IMG/VR virus record: IMGVR_UViG_3300032157_000019 | Coordinates: 1-44,393 of that record | Length of the DNA stretch: 44,393 nt | Origin: a virus | Direction: 5' to 3' (one strand) | Part shown: positions 1-8,130 of the stretch, piece by piece | Numbering within the stretch: position 1 is the stretch's first letter | How the letters are laid out: each line of letters starts with the position of its first letter | Notes under the pieces: model-generated | The model's database searches: none | The model's input: only the letters and a program-made list of their open reading frames with translations | Told to the model about the DNA's origin: nothing | Translations under genes and position numbers: made by a program

Positions 1-127
1 TCCGTAACGGCCATGACGATCGCCATAGATAGCCAGCCAACCGACAGGGTGGACACGGCTTGGTGATATGGCTCAAAGGCCGCGCAACCGGCCGCGGCAA
101 CGGCGCACATTAAATTCAGAAACACTT
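1..127. repeat. Terminal direct repeat, copy 1 of 2 (end overlap of a circular or circularly permuted genome)
   Basis: Bases 1..127 (tccgtaacggccatgacg...aattcagaaacactt) recur exactly as the last 127 bases, 44267..44393. 127 nt is a typical assembler k-mer overlap. The non-redundant unit is 44266 bp. Confidence 0.9.
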
Positions 128-203
128 GTACGCGCCGGCAGGCCCTGTTGACCGCCTCGATATCTCGCTCGTGAAGCAACTGAAGCCTCTCAAGCTCATC
201 CAT
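1..203 (-). CDS. Small 2-TM membrane protein (71 aa), split by the linearisation point; last 13 nt at 44266..44254
   Basis: The ATG at 203..201 directly follows the TAG of gene 204..791 and is preceded by AAGGTGG. Translation: MDELERLQLLHERDIEAVNRACRRVQVFLNLMCAVAAAGCAAFEPYHQAVSTLSVGWLSMAIVMAVTEWWA-stop. Its TGA (44256..44254) overlaps as ATGA the second in-frame ATG of the next gene. It is missing from the ORF track because it crosses the window ends. Confidence 0.45.
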   Translation of the reverse strand, partial: MDELERLQLLHERDIEAVNRACRRVQVFLNLMCAVAAAGCAAFEPYHQAVSTLSVGWLSMAIVMAVT

Positions 204-791
204 CTAGGCCACCTTCCGCTTCTTGACCTCGGCAACCTCGCCGGACAGGCCGTTAAGCTGGTTCTGCAGGGCCGCGAGCTGGTCCTTGAGGGCCTGGTTC
301 TCGGCTGCGATCTTGTTGGCCGCCGCCGCGTCCTTCGCCTGCGCAGCGTGGGTAATCGCCATAGTGCGCAGATCGCGGCCTCGCTGCCCCAGAGGATGCA
401 GGATCGAGTCATTCGCGTTAGCCAATGCCTCCACGGTGCGTATTTCCATGACGCGAAGCGTAAACACTTCGCCGCGAGAAATCGGCGGCCATTTGTCGAG
501 CGGTTGACCCTCCATCGGGGTCTTAATGCCCTGCTGGAAGCGCCGGTAAGCCTCGGGGAAGCGGCGGCGGTCATCGTCAGTGGCGGGCTGGAAGTGGAAG
601 CTCAGCTTGTCGCCTGTGTGGATGGCGCAATACTCGCGGTCAACAAAGAACGGATGCCCCGCCTCTGCCGACTTCGCAGGGTCTTCCTGCGGGTAGAGAC
701 CGAAAGCCACCTGAACCATGGGCTCGTTGGGGCGGTCGAGAATAGCGGTCGCGTCACGCTCAAGGATCGGCACGAAGTCATCGGGAAACAT
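204..791 (-). CDS. Virion-module protein of unknown function with C-terminal coiled coil
   Basis: 195-aa ORF in the late operon after the head genes. It has a globular N-terminal part, a helix-hairpin-helix-like segment (IRTVEALANANDSILHPLGQRGRDL) and a heptad-rich tail (ENQALKDQLAALQNQLNGLSGEVAEVKK). No function recognised. Confidence 0.65.
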   Translation of the reverse strand: MFPDDFVPILERDATAILDRPNEPMVQVAFGLYPQEDPAKSAEAGHPFFVDREYCAIHTGDKLSFHFQPATDDDRRRFPEAYRRFQQGIKTPMEGQPLDKWPPISRGEVFTLRVMEIRTVEALANANDSILHPLGQRGRDLRTMAITHAAQAKDAAAANKIAAENQALKDQLAALQNQLNGLSGEVAEVKKRKVA

Positions 792-2459
792 TCAGGTTTT
801 CTCCTGTTGATGGGAGGCTGTGAACTCACGCCATGTGATCTCGAGATTTTCGAGCGTATCCGGCTTCCACACAATGCGCTGATCCGGGCGTGACCACGGG
901 AACTGCTCATAGGCGTTGATGCCCACGTGCTTAGGCCACCATGCCTCATCGCCCACGCACCAGCCCTCGATGAGGGGCTTGAACTTGAGCCACGGGCGCC
1001 GGCCGAAGATGGCCAGCTCCACAGGTCCGTTGCTCACGAATAGGTTGACCCGTGCGCAGTCATACAGGGCTGCGCGGAACAGCACGTCCACCGATGCGCG
1101 CGGGCAGGTTTCGAAGCCATCCAGGGGCTCGCCCGCCTTCTCAGTGTCGCGCACGAAGATCACGCGATGGCCTTCTGCCATGCGGCGACGCGCGAACTCC
1201 GTCCAGGCCGGGATATCGCTGTTGCGGTAATCCCAATGTGCAGCCTCGCGCAAGGTGATCGTGATCGGGGCCGGTCCATGTCGCAGCAATTGGCGTGCAT
1301 CGTCCAGCGATCCCTCATCGGGCACCAGGACGGGAACGCGACACCCACCGCGCGCAAGCTGCGACACGCGCTTGAACGTGTATTCGTGCTGCTCGCCTGT
1401 GTAGGCCAGCGGGTCCTCTACCGCGCCCACGAGGCGCAGAAGCGGCTGCATCACGTTGGCCTTGAACGCGGCGCGCTGCTCGGGCGACCAGGGCAGATCA
1501 TCATCGCGAAAGCCGTTGTTCGGACCCGGCTTGAAGGCTACGCGGAGCGGAGCCGGTGCGCCACGCATGCGGCGCTCCATCTCAGCTCGCACCAACCATG
1601 TGCAGAAATCCCAGCTCGCCGGGGCACTGGTCAGGTCATAGCACGCGGCGCTCGGATGCGGCGTTCGCACCATCTCATGGTGGATGTGCTGCAGGAGCCC
1701 ATCTCCGTGCACGTAGAACACGCAGCCGTATTCTTCGGCGTAGGTGTGGGCCAGCTTTTTGTAGTCGTCCGCCTGATGGATCATCCACACGGCAGACTTG
1801 AACTTGCGGCCCCCCAATTCGACCATCTGCCAGGGCTCAGCGTCGTTCGCCGGCTGGGCGTAGGCGTGGTTGGCGTCGCCCTGGTAGCTGCTGTCGTAGC
1901 CGTACAGGTGGAATGTCTTAAACCCGAGATGGGCGAGAACGGTTATGCCCATGAGCCCAACCGTGGTGCCGGGCTGGCCGATCGGATCAGTCGGGCGATC
2001 CCCAACGATCTCCTCCCAGCCCTTGATAGCCGGCACCCACACCATGCATGGACGCTTGCCCACCTTGTCGAAGGTTGCAGCATCACACTGCGCAGAGATC
2101 AGATAGTGCGTCCCCGGCGCGCGCCGCTCGATGAACTCCGCATTGAACTCGCGGGCGTCAAGCAGAACGTGATACGTCGGGTTGATGCCATGCTTGCGCA
2201 GCCACTTGGCTGTGCCGTTCATGGCCACGATGGAGTGGCCACACTCGGCATGGATACGCAGCTTGTCCAGCTCGCCCGCCAGCGAGGGGCCGCCGCCGAC
2301 CATGACGGCAACGCCCTCGTGAGCCTGGCAAGCCTGTAGAAGGGGAAGCCCCCGAGCAATCGCACCACGCATGTTCTCGTGAATACGATCGTCGGGGGTA
2401 TTGCAGGCAATTGGAATGTAGGCCCGATGGTCCGAAGCCTGCATTTCCAGTTGCAGCAT
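792..2459 (-). CDS. Two-domain putative glycosyltransferase: N-terminal DUF115/Maf(MptE)-like domain plus C-terminal Rossmann-type GT-like domain
   Basis: The N-terminal half carries DUF115 hallmarks: VMVGGGPSL, IVAMNGTAKWLRKHGINPTYHVLLDAR, GTTVGLMGITVLAHLGFKTFHLYGYDSSY..NHAY. The C-terminal half (ITITLREAAHWDYRNSDIPAWTEFARRRMAEGHRVIFVRD) looks like a heptosyltransferase-type GT fold; this is less certain. The start was chosen at ATG 2459 (MLQLEMQ), 1 nt after the upstream stop. The ORF track extends to 2507. Confidence 0.7.
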   Translation of the reverse strand: MLQLEMQASDHRAYIPIACNTPDDRIHENMRGAIARGLPLLQACQAHEGVAVMVGGGPSLAGELDKLRIHAECGHSIVAMNGTAKWLRKHGINPTYHVLLDAREFNAEFIERRAPGTHYLISAQCDAATFDKVGKRPCMVWVPAIKGWEEIVGDRPTDPIGQPGTTVGLMGITVLAHLGFKTFHLYGYDSSYQGDANHAYAQPANDAEPWQMVELGGRKFKSAVWMIHQADDYKKLAHTYAEEYGCVFYVHGDGLLQHIHHEMVRTPHPSAACYDLTSAPASWDFCTWLVRAEMERRMRGAPAPLRVAFKPGPNNGFRDDDLPWSPEQRAAFKANVMQPLLRLVGAVEDPLAYTGEQHEYTFKRVSQLARGGCRVPVLVPDEGSLDDARQLLRHGPAPITITLREAAHWDYRNSDIPAWTEFARRRMAEGHRVIFVRDTEKAGEPLDGFETCPRASVDVLFRAALYDCARVNLFVSNGPVELAIFGRRPWLKFKPLIEGWCVGDEAWWPKHVGINAYEQFPWSRPDQRIVWKPDTLENLEITWREFTASHQQEKT

Positions 2460-2460
2460 G

Positions 2461-2994
2461 TTAGACCACGCGACCCTGAATGAACGGGCGCGAAATCTGA
2501 CACACAACCGTGCTGGTCGTGGCGGTCACGGAAGCAGTATTGAGGCTACGAACCCCCAGCAACTGCTTGCCAGACGCCGTGGTGGACATTGCGCGACCCG
2601 TAGTGGCCGACTGATACAGGGACACGTTCGGGGACACGGCAACAGCCGTCTTCTTGATCGGCACAGCGCCCTCAACCAGCACCCAGCCGTACTTGCTCGG
2701 CGTGGCGGCAGCCAGCGCAACACCGAACGGGCGGCCGGTGTTGGCCGTGTTCGGGGTAAGCGCAGTCGTGCCGTTCAACTGATCGTAGTGCACCATCTGG
2801 TTCGCCGTGCACGTTACGCTGTGCTTGACGAAACGGGCGCGACCGGCACCGTAGGTCGGGTCAGTGACCTCAACCTCGGTGCCGAGCGCCATACCCAGCT
2901 TCGCCAGAGCCGACAGAGCCGCCGTAGAGGCGACGCTGGCAACGCTGTTCGGGCTGATCGGTACGGCGCGGGGAGCGTTGACAGTCCAAGCCAT
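2461..2994 (-). CDS. Putative head decoration protein (DUF2190-like), Ser/Thr-rich C-terminus
   Basis: 177-aa ORF directly downstream of the major capsid gene. The core GRPFGVALAAATPSKYGWVLVEGAVPIKKTAVAVSPNVSLYQSATTGRA resembles the DUF2190 decoration fold. The tail is S/T-rich (SLNTASVTATTSTVV). Confidence 0.55.
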   Translation of the reverse strand: MAWTVNAPRAVPISPNSVASVASTAALSALAKLGMALGTEVEVTDPTYGAGRARFVKHSVTCTANQMVHYDQLNGTTALTPNTANTGRPFGVALAAATPSKYGWVLVEGAVPIKKTAVAVSPNVSLYQSATTGRAMSTTASGKQLLGVRSLNTASVTATTSTVVCQISRPFIQGRVV

Positions 2995-3006
2995 GATGGA
3001 CCTCCC

Positions 3007-4014
3007 TTAGTTGGAGCTCGTCAGGATGCCCTGACGCGCGAGGTTGGAGGCGGCGAAGTTGCCCATAACACCGAAATACTTGATGATCGCATCCTGGTTG
3101 ACCGGGATGCGTTCGCCACCGAGAGGCTGGAAGTCCAGGTCAGTGTGCGTCACAAAGTAGATGTAGTCGGTATTGAGCGCGTACATGGTCTTGGACGGGC
3201 AGTAGCCGTTGTCCAGAACCACGTCCGCATTGGTGCCGCCTGCGTAGTACTTCAGGTTAATGAAGCCTGCGCCGGCCATCTCCGTGTTGGTGATCTGCTG
3301 GAGACCCTGCATGCTCTCGGTGTAGCGCGAGTAGCCTACGGTATCCGTGACGTACAGATCGGGCTTGTCCTTGCCACGAGCGCACGCGAACGTCAGCGTG
3401 TTCATGGCCTGGATCATCGGCGAGGGGTTTGCGCCGGAAGAACCAGCAAGGTTCTGGGCGGTCGCCATCGCTACTGTGCCGGTCTGGTTGCGCCAGAACG
3501 TGTTGCCGGTGCCGCCGCGGTCGATACCGCCCACCACGCCCGATGACGGCGAGGCCACCACCATCAGACCAAGACCGTGCATCTGCTTTCCACCGAAGGA
3601 CGTTCCATTCGAGTAGGAAGCCTGCGCAATCAGGTCAACCAGGGAGTCTTCCGTGTTCTTGATGCGAGAGGCGACGGCCTCAATAACCTGGCTGTCGCCA
3701 GAGTTTTTTCGACGCTCCTCACCCGTCCAGCCACACGGCATGTAGGCGTTGCGCCACTGATATTCGGCCGCCGTCAGGTGGTCGAATATCGTGGTGCTGA
3801 GCGTGTCGGAACCGGAGAAGAACCCACCATTCGGGTTCAGACCGATTTCCAACGGCTGGACGATGGTGCGGCCACCGTCCACCTTCTTGTTCTTGCCCTT
3901 GCGGCGAAGCCGGTCGAGCAGAGCGGTACTCACGGTCGCGTTGTCGGCCACCTTGCCCATGCGCTTGCGCAGGGTCGTAGTGACCAACAGATCAAAGTCG
4001 GGGTTACCCGCCAT
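3007..4014 (-). CDS. Major capsid protein
   Basis: 335-aa ORF after portal and scaffold. The N-terminus LRKRMGKVADN...RRKGKNKKVDGGRTIVQPLE and the overall composition are typical of podovirus HK97-fold coat proteins. The call also rests on position and size. Confidence 0.85.
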   Translation of the reverse strand: MAGNPDFDLLVTTTLRKRMGKVADNATVSTALLDRLRRKGKNKKVDGGRTIVQPLEIGLNPNGGFFSGSDTLSTTIFDHLTAAEYQWRNAYMPCGWTGEERRKNSGDSQVIEAVASRIKNTEDSLVDLIAQASYSNGTSFGGKQMHGLGLMVVASPSSGVVGGIDRGGTGNTFWRNQTGTVAMATAQNLAGSSGANPSPMIQAMNTLTFACARGKDKPDLYVTDTVGYSRYTESMQGLQQITNTEMAGAGFINLKYYAGGTNADVVLDNGYCPSKTMYALNTDYIYFVTHTDLDFQPLGGERIPVNQDAIIKYFGVMGNFAASNLARQGILTSSN

Positions 4015-4031
4015 TGTTCTGTTCCTTCAGA

Positions 4032-5318
4032 TTAAGCGCGGCCTCGGATTTCTTCCAGGGCGGCGCGTGCGTCTGCGTAAGGATCGTCCACTTCGCCGGG
4101 CTTCCTGGGTGCCTGAACCCTGGTTTCCGGTGCGGGCGATCCGCTCACGGATCGGGACGCCTTCGCGGCGGCTGCCGCTACGGCTCGATCCTTGGCCGCT
4201 TGGTCCTCGGTTGTCTTGGTCATGCGCTGGTTGATCAGCGCTTCCCGCACGTCCGGGTTCTGCCAGCAGGCCAGGTCGTAGGCTTTCTGCAGGTCCGCCT
4301 TGTGGTCGCCCGTGAGCGGTACGATGCCAGTTTCGAGCAGACGTTTGATGTCTGCCTCAACGTTGGCGAAATACCTGTTCGCTGGGTCGGCACGGAAGGC
4401 TGCACCCGCTTGCGCGGCAGTCTGGGCAGCGCGTTCTTGATCCGCCTGCTCCTGCCGTGAAAGCTTCGACTGCAACTCGTTCACTTGCTGCAGCAGCGGT
4501 GTCAGCACGGGGGCCAACATGCTGTGCATCTCCGGGGGCAGGCCGTTGCCGTTCTGATGGGCTCCGTTCTGCGCCGGCTGTGCGGGGTCCGTGCCGTTTT
4601 GATGGCCCGGAGCCGCAAATCCTGTGTAGCCAAGCCCGTGCGCCACGCGCGCGAAATGCTGGGCTGCCTGTTCCTTTGACCAGCCCATGGTCTGCGCGAG
4701 CTGTACGAGCCCGTTTTGCGGGTCGCGCGTCAGCGCAGTTTCCATGCCGGTGTAGTTCTTGAGCGCCGTGTCGAGCGTGAGGCCCGAGCGCTGCGCCATC
4801 TCCACATAGGGGTCGAGACCGCGATAGTTCTGCAGCTTGGCGAAGCCCTGATTGACCTCAGCCTCGCGCTTTACGATGTCCGCCCGGATGTGCTCGGGCA
4901 GCTTGTCCCATTCGGTCTTGGACTTGACGGACCAGCCAGGCGGGGGAAGCCCTACCTGGGGAGCGCCTTCCGGCCCTTTAACTTCCGTGGCGCCGGCCAC
5001 CGGAGCTTTATCCGGTTGCTTGGAGGCATCGGCGGACGGTTCTTTGGCTTGCGCTTGCGGCTCGGGCTCGCCTTCCTTTTTGGCGAACTTGCCGTCCTTT
5101 TGGTGGACGCGGCCCTTGCTATCGACTTTGAGGTCGCCGTCCTTATCCCCAGCAGGGTCAGCAGCCACCGGATCAGGTTTCGCAACGGCATCGGCTGGCG
5201 GATCATTCGGTTTCTCGGCTAGCGTTTCGGCCTGCACCGCACCGGCTTTGATTTCTTCCATCGCGGCGCGTGCATCGGCATAGGGGTCGTCAACAATCTT
5301 CAGGTCATCGGGTGGCAT
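4032..5318 (-). CDS. Scaffolding protein (putative)
   Basis: 428-aa acidic, Ala/Pro/Gln-rich, helical low-complexity protein lying between portal and capsid genes. Both termini carry the motif VDDPYADARAA(M/L)EEI(K/R). Confidence 0.6.
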   Translation of the reverse strand: MPPDDLKIVDDPYADARAAMEEIKAGAVQAETLAEKPNDPPADAVAKPDPVAADPAGDKDGDLKVDSKGRVHQKDGKFAKKEGEPEPQAQAKEPSADASKQPDKAPVAGATEVKGPEGAPQVGLPPPGWSVKSKTEWDKLPEHIRADIVKREAEVNQGFAKLQNYRGLDPYVEMAQRSGLTLDTALKNYTGMETALTRDPQNGLVQLAQTMGWSKEQAAQHFARVAHGLGYTGFAAPGHQNGTDPAQPAQNGAHQNGNGLPPEMHSMLAPVLTPLLQQVNELQSKLSRQEQADQERAAQTAAQAGAAFRADPANRYFANVEADIKRLLETGIVPLTGDHKADLQKAYDLACWQNPDVREALINQRMTKTTEDQAAKDRAVAAAAAKASRSVSGSPAPETRVQAPRKPGEVDDPYADARAALEEIRGRA

Positions 5319-5350
5319 GTGGTTCCTTGGGGCGTTTGATTGCCTTGGGG

Positions 5351-5782
5351 CTAACGACTATTCAATTCCTGCAGCGAGCGCTTGATGTCGCCCACGATCT
5401 CAGCCTTCGACGGCCCTTCGTAGCGCTTGCCGACGTAGCTCTCTGGCCGCATGCCTGCCACGATCTCGCAACCGGCGCGCCTCACGGCCTTCTCATACGA
5501 GCGCATGCATGTGTAGCGCTGGCCGTCCACGGGGTTCTGGACGTAATCAAGCCCGAGCACGCCGAGATGTGGGCCGGCTGCGCGCGGGGTGGCTGTGCCC
5601 TTTGGCCTGCGCTCTCCGGTGCGGTGATCCCAGACCCAGGAGCCGAACTCTGGGCGCTTGACGGTCGGGAGCTTCGCGCGCTTGGCTTTGGAGGTACGGG
5701 CGCGGCGAGCGTTTAGCTCCTCGCGAGTGACCCACTTGCTTATGGTGTCGTCCCAGACCCACCTACCGCGCATAGTGGCCAT
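5351..5782 (-). CDS. Hypothetical protein
   Basis: The ORF track gives 5351..5827 with a GTG start, but the first 15 codons have poor third-position GC. ATG 5782 (MATMRGRWVWDD) is preferred. No motif recognised. Confidence 0.5.
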   Translation of the reverse strand: MATMRGRWVWDDTISKWVTREELNARRARTSKAKRAKLPTVKRPEFGSWVWDHRTGERRPKGTATPRAAGPHLGVLGLDYVQNPVDGQRYTCMRSYEKAVRRAGCEIVAGMRPESYVGKRYEGPSKAEIVGDIKRSLQELNSR

Positions 5783-5936
5783 GTATCCAGGTGTGTGCGT
5801 ACTCGCGGTTGGCCTCGTTGAATTCACGCTCAGCCTTGATCATCTCTGTTTGCGCGTCAGCGAACTTATCGCGGGCCTGCGCAAGTCGCGTGCGCGCCGC
5901 ACTGAGCCGCTTCCGCTTGGCCTCATCGGCTGCCAT
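5763..5936 (-). CDS. Small coiled-coil protein (57 aa)
   Basis: Internal ATG 5936 of track ORF 5763..6002 gives MAADEAKRKRLSAARTRLAQARDKFADAQTEMIKAEREFNEANREYAHTWIHGHYAR. Third-position GC is about 74%. A GGAGCGGGGAAG sequence lies upstream. It overlaps the portal stop by 14 nt. Confidence 0.45.
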   Translation of the reverse strand: MAADEAKRKRLSAARTRLAQARDKFADAQTEMIKAEREFNEANREYAHTWIHGHYAR

Positions 5937-8130
5937 TCTTCCCCGCTCCGTTCGTCTTTGCTGCCTTCGCCTTAGCCTTCGCGGCAATGGCGCTCTGCTC
6001 AATGCTGGCGTCGGCCTTCATCTGCGTGGTCTGGATGTTGGCCTCGGCCGTCTGCCGCTTGATCGCCGCGTCAAGCGTGGCGTTCATCCGGGCAATCTCG
6101 GCCTCCTGCGCAGCCTCGGCCGCGTTAATCTCCATTTCCTGCTTCAGCTTGGCGCCCTCAATCTGCGCTTCCTGCGCAAGCTCCTGCTGGGCTATCTGGC
6201 CCTCCTGCTGCAGCTTGGCCTGGTCGGCGGCGGCCTTGGCCTTCACCGCTTCCATCTTCGGATCAGGCGGCGGCTCCTTCGGCTGCATCATCTTCTGCGC
6301 CCAGGCGTCCATGGTGCGCTCAATCACGTCTTCCATCTGGCGGCCGACGCGGAAGCCGCGGGACATGAATTTCAGACCCTCGGCAAAGATCGGAGCGAGG
6401 TCAGGCGCGGCGGGCAGCGTCTCGGCGGCGGACTTCATCATGCCGCCCAGGACTTCACCGAACTCAACGCGGCGCTGCTTCTCCAGGTCTTCATCCGGCT
6501 GAATGGTGCTGTCGGTCTCGATGTCGATGCGGAAACCGCGCATGCGGTCATCACGCAGGAGTTGCATAACCTTGTCGTCAAAGGTCAGGCTGGTGGACAT
6601 CTCGGGCATCTGCTGCTGTGGCTGCATGCCGGGCTGCTGGGGCATACCCTGCTGCGGCATCCCGGGCATCATCGCGGGGGCGATCTGCTGGGGCGCCGGC
6701 ACGTACTTCATGCCGGTCATATCGGCCAGCGTTTGCGGCTGGAATTGCTTGGCGGCGATCTCGGCGCACAGGCTGGCCACGTCCTTCGTAAAGCGGGCCA
6801 TCTCGTCTTTGGTGGTGCGCACGCGGCGAGTGCCGGTCTGCGCCTTGATCTGCTGTGCGGTGGCCGTCTCGTTGGGGTCGGTGTCACCACGAGAAATGTC
6901 GCTAATGCCGGTGATCTGGTAGATGTCCTGGATGAGCTGCTGGCGTGTCTCGACGGCCGCCTGAAGGGTCTGGATGACGATATCCAGCGGCACCCAATCA
7001 ATCAGCTTGGATGCGCCGCCCTTCTCAGTGAAGCCTGCCCAGCTTTCGATGGGGATCAGGATTGATCCGGCTTCCGTGATGCGGCTCTGCAGAACCTCGA
7101 TCATGGTCTTGACGCCGGCAGCGCCCTCCGTAGAGGGGCCTGCGGGCACGAAGCCCTTGAGCACCAGCCAATCGGTCAGGCCGGCGATGCGGGCCGTCAG
7201 GTCATCGATCTCGTTCGCCTGATCCTTGTAGTAGTCGTAGTCAGGCGTCGGAACGAGAGACTTGCTGGTCTTGCTGGCATAGAACGGCTTGGGGCACGGG
7301 AAGAAATTCACGAAGCGGAATGGCGGCTCGCCGATCGCAAGCAGCGCACCAGGCTCCTTGCTGTCCTTCGCTACCCAGCCGACCTTATCGCGCTTCTTGT
7401 CCCAGAACTCGAAGATGACAGCCTTGTCGGCTTCCTGGGTCGCATCCTTGTCGCCCGGATCGCGAGCGTTGTAGACGAGCTTGTCGGCCTTCTCAGCGCC
7501 CCACGTGTCCGTGGCTTCTTGGCGATCCTTGTATACGCGCCGCCAGACCAGCCACACGTCGCGCCAGATGCGCGCAGTGTTGTGGCCGAAGTCCGAATAG
7601 TGGACGTAATCGACGCAGAATTTCTCGCCCTTCAGCTTCTCGGGCGTGGGCGCCTTGGTCTTCTCATCCGGTGCACCGTACTCAATGTCCGCCTCGTAAC
7701 GCGCCCAAGCCTGACCGCGGCCAGGGATCAGGCGATCGTCGCGAACCTGCTCGAATACCTCGTGTGCATCGTACAGCTCGAAGCCGCAATTGGTCGTGCG
7801 CTCCAGCATCTCGGATGCCGTGCGACCCGTGGGGTCTGGGTCTTTGTAACGACGCGAGCAGTTGACCACCGGGAGCTTGACGTAGATCGCCGGCTTCAGC
7901 GTCTCGACGTTGCTCCACAGCATGGCGAACGCGCGCTTGGTGGTGTTCTCGGCCCGGTCCTCGTTCAGGTAAATCTTGACGAGCTTATCGGCCTTGCGTA
8001 GCCAGGGCTCAAACGCCTTGTTGTAGCGGGATAGCTCACGCTCCCACGATGCCTTGATCTGGGCGTCCGTTTCCTTGCCCTTGACGGGCGCTGGGTCGGT
8101 ATCCGGCTGTGTGTCGGCGGGCTCTGCCAC
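5923..8130 (-). CDS. Portal protein
   Basis: 735-aa ORF immediately downstream of terL, overlapping its stop. The N-terminal region AFAMLWSNVETLKPAIY is portal-like. It has a Q/M/P-rich insert and a long C-terminal coiled coil. Confidence 0.85.
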   Translation of the reverse strand: MAEPADTQPDTDPAPVKGKETDAQIKASWERELSRYNKAFEPWLRKADKLVKIYLNEDRAENTTKRAFAMLWSNVETLKPAIYVKLPVVNCSRRYKDPDPTGRTASEMLERTTNCGFELYDAHEVFEQVRDDRLIPGRGQAWARYEADIEYGAPDEKTKAPTPEKLKGEKFCVDYVHYSDFGHNTARIWRDVWLVWRRVYKDRQEATDTWGAEKADKLVYNARDPGDKDATQEADKAVIFEFWDKKRDKVGWVAKDSKEPGALLAIGEPPFRFVNFFPCPKPFYASKTSKSLVPTPDYDYYKDQANEIDDLTARIAGLTDWLVLKGFVPAGPSTEGAAGVKTMIEVLQSRITEAGSILIPIESWAGFTEKGGASKLIDWVPLDIVIQTLQAAVETRQQLIQDIYQITGISDISRGDTDPNETATAQQIKAQTGTRRVRTTKDEMARFTKDVASLCAEIAAKQFQPQTLADMTGMKYVPAPQQIAPAMMPGMPQQGMPQQPGMQPQQQMPEMSTSLTFDDKVMQLLRDDRMRGFRIDIETDSTIQPDEDLEKQRRVEFGEVLGGMMKSAAETLPAAPDLAPIFAEGLKFMSRGFRVGRQMEDVIERTMDAWAQKMMQPKEPPPDPKMEAVKAKAAADQAKLQQEGQIAQQELAQEAQIEGAKLKQEMEINAAEAAQEAEIARMNATLDAAIKRQTAEANIQTTQMKADASIEQSAIAAKAKAKAAKTNGAGKNGSR

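Noticed and set aside
823-841. Operator-like sequence AACTCAC-gccat-GTGATCT inside the 3' end of the glycosyltransferase gene
   Set aside because: Only 12 of 14 dyad positions match. It lies within coding sequence, far from any promoter. A few chance AACTCAC 7-mers are expected in about 88 kb of two-strand sequence.
1167-2339. Long antisense shadow ORFs. Examples: 1167..2339 +, 5791..7065 +, 16322..17122 -, 21710..22534 -, 22588..23355 -, 36891..37556 +, 40089..40685 +, 42297..43172 +
   Set aside because: These are typical GC-rich shadow frames: Arg/Ala/Gly/Pro/Leu-rich, with no motifs. Each lies fully opposite an ORF with recognisable family motifs or operon coupling.
5923-6400. Coiled-coil C-terminus of the 735-aa protein, or the 569-582-aa Gly/Ala-rich proteins, as a tape-measure protein
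   Set aside because: The 735-aa protein sits directly after terL, with a portal-type N-terminus. No tail tube, sheath or chaperone-frameshift genes accompany the large proteins. Their order after tubular-type proteins fits podovirus internal virion proteins.
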